A model generated the notes under the pieces. The model saw only the letters and a list, made by a program, of their open reading frames with translations. It was not told the origin of the DNA and did not search any database. DNA of 64,000 bases from the human T2T-CHM13v2.0 reference genome, Homo sapiens: assembly GCF_009914755.1 (NCBI RefSeq), contig NC_060930.1, one strand, 5' to 3'. The translations under genes were made by a program, and so were the position numbers. Within the stretch, counting starts at the first letter, position 1; each line of letters starts with the position of its first letter. Positions 38,357 through 48,974 of the stretch are shown here, one piece after another.

Positions 38357-40894
38357 CTTATGGAATATTTTGTTGTTGTTGCTGTCATAAATGTTTTTCT
38401 TATGTGATACTATTTTCCACACATGTAAATTTTTTTCAACGTGGATGAAAAATGGCCATTATAGTACACACTATCTTCCCGACATAATCCGGTATCACAC
38501 AAAGAATGGTGAGCAAGTCTGGAAAATGCAGGGTACATTTCCAGATCTCCTTACTTTCACCTAAATGTTCATAAAACTGATTCCATAACAATGTCAATTT
38601 CCAAGTCCATCACGGGTGATTGAGTAGTGGCGAGTAAAAAAATTAGAGGGGTCAATTTGCATGTTATTTACAACTAAGACCTTTGCTTGGCATCTCTAGC
38701 AACTCCCCCAGTTTACCCAGGTGTGCATGTACAATAGGAAAGGGTAAGTGGAGGAAGCGAAGAGTGATGATAACTCTCACCTGATTTGCCTCTGTTTCAT
38801 CAAGCCTCCATGATTATGGTGTTTTGTTGTTGTTATTAACAAAGAAGATGGAAACAGCTGTTTTGAAACATTTAAAAACTGCCTCCACCCTTGACAAACA
38901 ACATAGATTTCCAAGGCATTTTTTATGCCATGTAAAAAGATTTTTGGAAATTAGAAAAAAAAGTTAATTTTACTCAGTTCTTTTTTAGTATGCATGCATT
39001 TTCAGCCACTCACATTTTCTTTATAAATCAAGTAGAGCAAATTTATTGCCTGTGGAGAGTAAAATGAATAGCATTTTCAAGAATATGAATAAAGCAGCCA
39101 GTGTGCATGCTTTCAACCCAGCTTGATCAGCGCTTTCCAGCTCTGGCTGCAAAGAGTAGGTGCTGCATTTTAGAGGAAAGCCTCCTCAAATGAACCCTAC
39201 TCCAGGAGAAGTTGTCATAGACAAAAGGCCAGTTCTGTCTCCTCCATCTCTGTCATTTATCTCTCCTCAAGTCTCTCCATCATAGCATTACATTGTACCA
39301 TGAGATACATTTGAGATAGAATTATAGATGTGGGCTAGTCATCTGTGCTTTTAGCACCATATCCATCACAAAGAATTTATGTGTTGCATTTGTTTTATTG
39401 CAAGGAGGCTTCTTCAGCCTTCTCTTATCTCACCCTGCATTTTATAATTGAAAAAAAGAGCCTCATCAACATGCTGCTAACAGTAGTGGGGTGAATAAAA
39501 TGGCATTGCCAAGTAGTAACCCATCTCTTTAGTTGATCTAACAAAGCCAACAAAAGAAACATGAGAATCTATAATTAATTTCCAATTTACGTTTCAGTAA
39601 TCCATGGATAATAGTGCCTAAAATGTGAAGAATTTTGTTGATGATTATCCATATAATTATTAGAGGCCTGCACTTGCAGAAGAATTAGGGGTGAGACACT
39701 TTTCAAATAGTAGGTGATTTTGTGCCAGAGGACCCTTGTTTAGGGCTAGTCCAGGTTAGGGTTGGTTTTCCCGGAAAGGTTAGTGGAAAAGCTGTTTTGT
39801 GAAACTGAACAGATGACTTCCAGTTATGGCAACTCTGAATAATTTTATGACTTGAAAAATAATTTTAAACAAATGATGGATCATGAAATCTTGTTTACAA
39901 TCAAGAAAATATTGAAGGATGTAATCTGAGAATTTTATGTACTTGTTAAGTGTGATGGGTGAATTAACTAATAAATGTTTTATTATAAATATTTCCTCTA
40001 AAAACAGTAATATGTGGGTTTTCCCTGAACAATATATTGTAAACCCAAGCTTATATCATAAACTCTTCTGCCCACTCTTCTATGCCACATGTAGAATTAG
40101 GAACCAAGTAAAAACACATGAGGCACATGGGGCACAGCAGGATCCCTGTGTTTGTTAGACAGTCAGTATATATATATATATATTTTTTTGCCCCTGGAGT
40201 TCACAATCTAGTGAAGTAAATAAGACACATGCTAAAATGTAACAAAAAGCACAATGGCTGTTTATGATTGCATTGGTCTGATTGCAGATAATAAATGCTA
40301 TAGTATTTAGAATTACAAAGTTATTTCATTAAAGAAGATATGAAAGCTTCAGTCATACACGTAGAGGAAAACATGCAGATATCCTTGGAATGACAGAAAG
40401 TTTGCACTTAAAGGACTTTAGACCTACAGTCTGAGACCAATATTTGTAGGAAGATAAGCAAAAACAGAAAGTAGCATAAGGCTTAAAGGTCTTCCTTCCA
40501 TGTTTCCCTTCTCTTAAGGAAATGCTACTTCTGTTATGATATCTGGCTAATGTGAGAGACATTTGTGACTTTGCCTTCAGCTGTTTCCTCAGTGGCCTTT
40601 ACTGACATTTCATTTCCTGTAAAATTCCTACTAAATCAGTCTTTTGAGTAACATTTGGCTCATAAGTTACACACATTTGGTCTTGAAGGAAAGTTTTCTT
40701 GGACTTCACAGCTGAGTTTACACCTCTAGGAGGACTCTTGTGGAATGTGAGTGAACGTAACAGGGAAAGCAAATGCTGGAATATCTGTAAAGGGTAACTG
40801 AACATATGACAGCACCATAATGTCAACAGATAAAGGCAGTGGGGCATTTTATATAAAATATGAATGGTACAACATATATTCGCTGCCTATCTTG

Positions 40895-41800
40895 CATGTT
40901 TATTCAACACTAATTGAACAAATATTACTGAGGGCTAGCGATGTGCAAGACACTATTCTAGACTTTAGAGATAAACTGTGGACAAAACAGTCAAAGCCTC
41001 TGCTTAGTGGGGCTTACATTCTAGTTGGAAAGGCAGAGAATAAAACAAACAAAAAAATAAATCCGCTCCAAGCCAGATGATAACAAATTGTTAGAATAAA
41101 ATTACAGCAAGATAGGAATAAGAGACAGACATGAGTGTGATGTGATATATAGGGTTTTCAGGAAAGTTTTCCTGGTAAGGCAACATGTGAACAGATCCTG
41201 AATGAGTGATGAAGAAAAATATATCAAAAAATGGGGGAAACTTATTCTAGGCAGTGCAGAAAGCCAGTATTGTGACCACAAGTGAGGCAGGAGTGAGTTT
41301 GGCATGTTTGAAAAAGAATGACAGAGCCAATGTGGCTGGATGGGGTGAGGTGAGAAAAAGGGGGCAGGAGATGAGATCAGAAAGAAACAATAGAGTGGGC
41401 AAAAATCAGATTAATGGAATTTCAGAACAGCTTCACTTGACTCCAACTCTGCTGGAATAATTCATTAAAGATCTACTCCATACTCACTGAGAGGAATATA
41501 GGATTAAGTGTGCAAATGCCTCTGCCTTCCTAGAGTTCACAGTATTAAGAGTGAGACAAACAAGAACAAAATTGGAATATAGTGTGATATCTTCTCTTCT
41601 AGGTACAAGCTCAGATTGCCAGGGCACACTTAGAAGAATGTATATAAATTTTCCTGGTGCAATCATGGAAGGCTAATTAAAGCACATGACACATAGGCTG
41701 AGCTTTGTAGGACAAATTAGAGTTTGTGAGTTGACCAGTGAGATGAAAATTATGCCAGGCTGCCTGAATGGTTTATTCAGAATTACAAAGGCATAGGCAG
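40895..41800 (-). mobile_element. L2 LINE fragments (two adjacent 3' regions)
   Basis: aacaaatattactgag...gtgcaagacactattctag...gcttacattctagttgg...attctaggcag...gccaatgtggctgga; second copy cctctgccttcctagagttcacagt. Confidence 0.75.
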
Positions 41801-41821
41801 GCATTGCAAATTGAACTTGAG

Positions 41822-42020
41822 AGGTGTAGTGGAAAAGCAAAAAGCACTGGAGCCAGACAACAGTTTGAATGTTATCTCTAAAACAGAGAACGTTATTTAA
41901 ACTCCCTTGAGAAAGAGATTTATAATACTGCCTACCCTGTAGAATCATTGTGATGTTTGGTGATGCTAAATATAAAGTGCCTGGTTTCTATTCCATGAAC
42001 AGTAAATCATAATTATTGTT
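41822..42020 (+). mobile_element. MIR SINE
   Basis: ggtgtagtggaaaag...ctggagccagac...ataatactgcctacc...ataaagtgcctgg. Confidence 0.7.
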
Positions 42021-42164
42021 TTCACATGCAGAGCTGTCATCTTGAAGATAGATATAGGGTTGGTTTCATTATTTTATTCTCAGACTTTGTTCAGAATCTG
42101 AAACAGAGTTGGTGCTCCATGAATATTTAGTATATAATGAATGAACTGGCACAGTTCCTGATTC

Positions 42165-42700
42165 CTTTAAGTTGCAATAATCCAGGTGATGGAGGCTAAA
42201 AAACTGAATTAAGACAATGGTAGTGGAAACAGGAAAAAGGGGAGATAATTCAGAGATATCTAAGCGATAAAAGTAAGATAATTTGTTACTAGTTGGATAT
42301 GAAGGAGAAGAAAAAGTCAAGGATAACTTCAAGGTTGACAATTGAGTAACAGGAAGAATTTTGGTGACAGTCACTAAAATAGGATAATCAGGAGGACTAG
42401 ATGCTGGCTTCAGTTGTATAGGAAGAGAAAAAATGAGGCCAAGTTGATTTGATAATCTTGAGATATCTACAGTCCATGGAGGTGGAAAAGCCTGTGGGCA
42501 ATCAGAAATAGAGTCTGTTACTCAGAAAATAGATACATTGGCATTAATTGAAGCCTTTTTATAGATGAAATTTGGAAGATGGATTATTACAGAAGTGGAT
42601 GAAGAGGGACAAGAATGTGTTCCAGATAATATTGGTATTTAAGAGGCAAGCATAAAGAAAACAAATCCCTTGAAAAAATTTCATGACTTCACAGAGAATT
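42165..42700 (-). mobile_element. L2 LINE fragment
   Basis: gttgcaataatccaggtga...tggtagtgga...ttggatatgaagg...aagtcaaggataacttcaaggtt. Confidence 0.65.
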
Positions 42701-44138
42701 TAGAGAATCATGAGAAACTGGAATTGCTTTATAACTTACTTTTTTCATGCATTTACAGGTAAACAGTGCAAAGCATAGTTTGTTATAGCTTGAGTATTCT
42801 CTCGTTGAACTCTCTAACTTAAATCACCTTAATGGCACATACTCTAAGAGTTCATAATGGTGTATGAGAAATGAGACATGATCAATGATAGTAAGACTCA
42901 TAACTCAGAAGACAAAGCTCTATTTGATTTCTGTGATTTAAACATTATGTTTCTATGATTTAAACATTTGTCCCATTTTCATATTGGACATTCAACTTAA
43001 TGTTATTTCATAGGTAATGAGCAGACAACTCAGATAAGTGATATTATTGAAGGAAACTTTTCCTGGTAGGTACCATTTATATTATCTGCTCATTTTCAAC
43101 CTTTATTCAGTTAGGTAAGATTAAAGGTTTCTATCATGTTCTGATTAAGCTTGAATACATTATTTGATACTAATCCAGATAAGGCAGTCATTAACACTTA
43201 AAAAAAGTTGGAAGATCTGTAGCCAAAATACCAACTTTTTTGTCATAGCATTCATTCAGTAATTGTGCCTGAACATTTCTTCAGTTGCTTAAAAACAGTT
43301 TTTATTTTCAAAATGCATATACTCCTATATTATTTTAATTGATTATAATTTGGTGTTTCAGTGAGTTGGGACTAAAATTCATTAAACTGTATTGTTTCAC
43401 TGTAAAGAGTAGCTACTATAGGAGTGTTAGCAGACATTCCATATTCATTTGAAAAGTACAATGCTGAAATTATCATAACAATGTGATCCCAATATTTCTA
43501 AGCATGATTTTTACAAAAGCATGGTCTGGAAAAGCTTAAATATCAGTGAAAGCAAATGTAAGCATCCTGGTGCAAGGCCTTCATTACTGACCTCACATTC
43601 GTTTTGACATTAGAGTTAATTTGTCATAAATTGCTGACAAAATGAAATCAAGAATCCTCTACCAAGTGAACAAAGGTTCCTTGTTTGTTTTTTTCTATCA
43701 AAAAAGAAAATTTTCCAATTATTATAAAGTGTAATTTTTCTAGATAGGACTTATGTATGCTAATTACAAATGAACACATACAAGCAAAAACAGATTTTGT
43801 TTGGCCAAAAATTGAGAAGAAACAAAATTAAGCTGATCAGTAGTAAAAACAGAAGGTAACATAAATCAAGAATGGGAAAACAGATAAATAAGCTGAAAGT
43901 TAGTTTTGGGTTGTGAGTTGTGACTTTTAAGAAACATTTTGAAACTGACTTCATTAACAGGAGGTGGAAAAGAAAATTACACACTGAATTAGTTAAACAT
44001 TTCAAAGTAATTTCTTCCATGAGGGATATTTCAAATTAAAAACTACCTATTTGTCGTTAATCTTTGTTAGGGAAATGGGATTGATGAGTCTTACAATGTA
44101 AAGGGAAGGAAAATGTTTAGTATTTTTCATGAAAATAA

Positions 44139-44200
44139 TGGAACTTATAGTAAGTACAGAGTAAAAGAAGGAAATCTGGAACTTATAGTAAGTACAGAGT
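44139..44200. repeat. 24-bp perfect direct repeat with 14-bp spacer
   Basis: tggaacttatagtaagtacagagt at 44139-44162 and 44177-44200. Confidence 0.95.
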
Positions 44201-44476
44201 GATGCTCTACCCTAGTATTTTGCAGCTTCACTCTACAAAAAGCTGCAGTCACAGCAAAGAAGGCAAGAGATGCTAAAATTCTGAAATAAAACATGCTTTC
44301 TTTCAGGCCAGAGGGCTGGGAGAGAGGAGCCTGGAACAAATTAGGGGACCCAGAGCCTTTTATGGTTCATATTTTCATCTTCTCTATGAGACACTATTAC
44401 CTACCCAATTTCACATGGTTTTTATTTCCTGTTTTTTTCCCTAGGAAACTTATACTTTTTAAATTTAGGACTATGA

Positions 44477-44558
44477 ATATACATACACACATGCACATAC
44501 ATACATACATATGAATACATGTATATATACATACACATACATATGTATATAAATATAT
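44477..44558. repeat. Degenerate (TACA/TA)n simple repeat
   Basis: atatacatacacacatgcacatacatacatacatatgaatacatgtatatatacatacacatacatatgtatat. Confidence 0.75.
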
Positions 44559-44609
44559 AAAATGTCTAAGAATCTAAAATATCTTAAAAACAAATCAAAA
44601 TTGATGATC

Positions 44610-45290
44610 TATAAATACCTGACTAATATTTCTAATATTTCTTTTTTTTTTTTTTTTTTTTTTTTTTTGGAGACACAACCTTGCTGCCACCCAGGCAGGA
44701 GTGAAGTGATGTGATCTCCACTCTCTGCAACCTCTACCTCCTGGGCTCAGGGGATCCTCATGCCTCAGCCTCCCAAGTAGCTGTTATTGTCATTATAGGC
44801 ATGTGCCAACACACCTGGCTAATTTTTGTATTTTGTTAGTAGAGACGGGGTTTTGCCATGTTTGCCAGGCTGGTTTCAAATTCCTGGCCTCAAGTAATCT
44901 GCCTGCCTTGGCCTCCCATTTCTGCAATTACAGATGTGAGCCACTGCACCCAGCCAATATTTCTTAAAACTCTCAATGTCATCACAAATAAGGAAAGTCT
45001 GAGAATATGTCACAGGCCAGAGGAGCATAAGGAAAAATAATATCTAAATGACACTTGGTATCCTGGATGGCATTCTGGAACACACAAAAAAAATAGGTAA
45101 AAACAAAGAAAATCTGAATATAACTTTAATATTAATGTATCAATATTTATTAGTTTCTAATAATATATCATACTAAATTAAGATATCAATAATAGGAGAA
45201 ACTAGATGTAGAGTATATGAAACTGCATTATCACCACTATTTCTCTATAAATTTAAAACTATTCTAAGAAATAAAGTTTATTACAAAAAT
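44610..45290 (+). mobile_element. L1MC/L1MD 3' end, interrupted by an Alu
   Basis: aatacctgact...aaggaaagtctgagaa...ggtatcctggatggcattctggaaca...aaaactattctaagaaataaagtttatt. Confidence 0.8.
44642..44955 (-). mobile_element. Alu (AluJb-like)
   Basis: T27 tail; J-type cctgggctca..gatcctc and ctggcctcaagt; TSD aatatttc at 44634-44641 and 44956-44963. Confidence 0.92.
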
Positions 45291-45314
45291 TAAAGAAGTC
45301 ATCAACCAGCCAAT

Positions 45315-45700
45315 CATAATATAAAATTTCACATACATTTCTCAATAATTGTTAGAAAAACTAGACAAAATCAAAAGACTTCTAGTATTTAAATCATTTC
45401 CAAACATCATCATGACATACATAATTGATATTTTCAAAATTATAATCCACCAACTACAAAATGAAGTTTTTTTTTTCAGATGCACAGTTTATTTACCAAG
45501 ATAGACTATATTGTAGACCATAATAAAGGTCTCAATAAATTTTAAGAAGACCCAAATCATACAGAGTATGTTCTGTGAACATAGTATAATTAAATTTGAA
45601 ATAAATATCATATATCTAGGAACATTCCAATTTTATACCGATTTAATAATATACTTCTAAATAATCACAAAGGTAAAATAAAAAAGGCAATATAAATCAT
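45315..45700 (+). mobile_element. Ancient L1M ORF2 endonuclease-region fragment
   Basis: ctcaataattgttagaa...ccaccaactaca...tttaccaagatagactatatt...gtctcaataaattt...gagtatgttct. Confidence 0.7.
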
Positions 45701-48700
45701 TATGACATTGAGTTTGGGGTCAGCAAGATGGCAAATAGTTTTTCCACTCATATTCCCTCCATAGTAACAATAATTTGGCAGTGATTCATGGAAAAATTTT
45801 CTTCATGGGAACTTCGGAATCCAGTTATAACTTATGAAACCCCAGTAGAGCCCAAGACCAGGAAGGACCATTTTGAGAACACAGGCCCATGCCTTAGTGG
45901 CAGCCTCACTAATTATGGCCCCAGCTACAAACCCTGAAACAGCCCTGTCTTAGAGCAGACTCAGCGAAAGCCCCATTTGGCCTTGGTCCTGCTACCAGCA
46001 CTATCTGCCAGGGAACGCAGGAGTAATATCCACTAATGCTCCTATAGGCAGATCTGCTAGCATTGATCTGACTGCAGATCTTAAAGAGGTCCTGTAACCT
46101 GGATCTAGACCTTCCCAGAAGTCCTGCCTGACCAAGAACCTGATGGGAACATATCCATCCATGCCCCTAAAGGCAGACCCACTGACTCCGGTCCAACTTT
46201 TTATCTTGACGTGATCCTATAATCAGGCTCCAGCCCCAATCAGCCATAGTCGGGGAGTGGTCCTGCCTCCCTGGGGACTTGGAGGGAGGCATACCCATCA
46301 GTACTACCATATGCATCCCTGCAGACCTAGGTGGGCCTGAAAGCAGCCCTGTGGTTCAATTCGGGACTGCTCAGCTATGATCCAAGGCAGGTCCTGCCTG
46401 CTTAGAGACACACCTAGTGATCTGATGGGAACCTTCTCAGGGACACAGCAGGAACCACACCTATTTGTACACCTTGTAACAGGCTCACCATTTGCAGACC
46501 TCACTGTAGATCCTGAAGTAGACTGTTCTCTCAGTGCCAACTCTACTGATCCAGGTCCTAGAGGCATCCAGATAGGACTTATGACCACTTTAGCCTCTGG
46601 TAACAGGCTCATCAACTGTAAACCCCACTGCAGAACCAGCAACAGCCACATAATATGGCTTTAATTTCATTCAATTGTAATATTAGAAGCAATCCTATCA
46701 ATTCACGGATTCAGCAGGAGATGGTATATACATGCAAAAACTATTCTATAGAGACTGGAAGAGGTATTATCTCTTCAAATGCAGAGACAACAATACAAGA
46801 CTGCATAGATTACAATGAATCAGGCAAACATTACACCACCAAAGGAAACTAAGAAAACTTCAGCTATCAAATCTGGACAACTAGAGATCAATGAATTGTC
46901 TGATTAGGAATTAAAATAAATTAAAATAATAAAAGTCTCAATCAATTTTAAAAAGACCCAAAACATAAAGAGTATGTTCTTTCAACACAGTATTATTAAA
47001 ATGGAAATAAATATCATATATCTAGGAATATTCCAAATTTATATAAATTTAATAATACACTGCTAAATAATCACTTCTAAAATAAATAGTACCCTTCTAA
47101 AAATAAATTAAAATTTCATTACTAAGTGAAATTAGAAAAACAATCTATGAAAAAAAATAGAAGTTTAATAAAGAAACAGAAATGATGATAAAGAACCAAA
47201 CAGAAATTTCAGAGCTGAAGAATGCACTGAATGAACCAAAAAGCGTAACAGAGAGCTTCAGCAGCAGACGGTCATGCAGAAGAAACAGCGAACTCAAAGA
47301 CAGGTCATTTGAAATTAGCCAGTTAGACAAATAGGAAGAAAAAAGAAAAAGTGTCAAGAGAGATTACAGGCCATATGGAATACCATCAAAAAAACAGATA
47401 TACACATTATGGGGTTTTCAGCAGTAGAAAAAAAGATAAAAGGGAGGAAAGCTTGCTTAAAGAATAATGGCTGAACACTTCCCAAATCTTGCAAGAGATA
47501 CAGATATCCAGATTCATGAAGTTCAAAGGATATCAAGTAAAATCACCCTGAAGATTACTCGAAAGTGCAATATAATCAAAATTCAAAATCAAAGAAAGAG
47601 AATTTGGAAAGCAGCAAGTGATAAGCACATCCAAGGAAACCTCAGTAAGACTATCAGAAGATACTGTGCAAGCCAGGAGTGAGTGGGATGATATATTCAT
47701 AGTGGTGAAAAAAAAAACTATTTCAAACCAGAATACTATTACCAACAAAATTGCCCTTCAGAAATATAGATAAATGGAAGCTGAGAAAGTTCATCACCAG
47801 TAGACCTGCCATATAGGAAATGAAGAAGGGAGTTCATCAAATTGAAACAAAAGGATGTTAAGTAACATGAAACTTGAAAATACAAAAATTTCTGGTGAAA
47901 GTAAATATAAAATCAAATTCAGAATACTCTAATACTCTAATGCAGTAATGATAATGTGTAAATTACTTTTAATTATACTATAAAAGTTTAAGGCCAAAGG
48001 TATTAAAATATAGCTACAGTAATTTGTTAACAAATATACAATATAAAATATGTAAAATGTGACAGCAGTGACATAAAAATGTGGGGAAGGGGTGAAAGTG
48101 TAGAGTTTTTGAATAGTGTTTATTGTATTAGCCTAAAATTGACTGTTAAAACTATAAAATGTTCAATGTAAGCCTCTTGCAACATATGCAAAACAATAAA
48201 TGTGATACACCAAATTAATAGAATGTGAATAAAAACCACAAAATCATCTCATTAGATTCATAGAAAGCATTTGATGAAACTCAGCCTCCTTTCATAATAA
48301 ACACTCTCAGTAAATTAGATATAGAAGGAAGGTGCTAACCTCCCCCCCATACAAAAAAAACACTAGTAGTAGATATACATAAGACAAAGAGATAGACATC
48401 AAAATATACCACTAAAAAGTCAGTAAATAACAAAGGTAGACAGCAAAGGAGGAAGAAATGAACAAATGAATTACAAATAAAAAATAAAATAGAAAACAAT
48501 GAATAAAATGACAATACCTTTCCCTTACCTACCTTAATGATACCTTACAAATACCAATGTCTTACCTATCCATAATTACTTTAAATATAATGAATTAAAC
48601 TGTCCAACCAAAAGATATAAAGTGGCAGAATAAATCAAATAAACAAGATCCAACAATATGCTGCCTACCGGAAGCTCACTTTAGCTTTAAGAACACACAC

Positions 48701-48878
48701 AGTTCAAAAAGAGAAGAGATGGAAAAAGACAGTCCATGCAAATGGTAACCAAAGAGAGCAGGGGTGGCTATACTTATATCAGACAAAATGGGCTTTTAGT
48801 CAAAATGTGTCACAAGAGACAAAAAAGGTCACTATATGAAAACAAAATGATCAATTCATAAAGAAGATATCACAGTTT

Positions 48879-48944
<66 letters not shown>

Positions 48945-48974
48945 TATATATATATATACACACACACATATATA
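48879..48974. repeat. Compound (TA)11(CA)7(TA)11(CA)4(TA)7(CA)5(TA)3 microsatellite
   Basis: Read directly from the sequence; sits at the L1 ORF2 site atatatgcacccaa. Confidence 0.97.

Noticed and set aside
42928-42968. 19-bp near-tandem repeat; similar 9-10-bp repeats at ~55391-55410 and ~55728-55758
   Set aside because: Ordinary slippage products in AT-rich DNA
46304-46664. Overlapping 115-aa and 95-aa ORFs
   Set aside because: Within the GC-richer L1MA 5'UTR, where stops are rarer; no homology recognised
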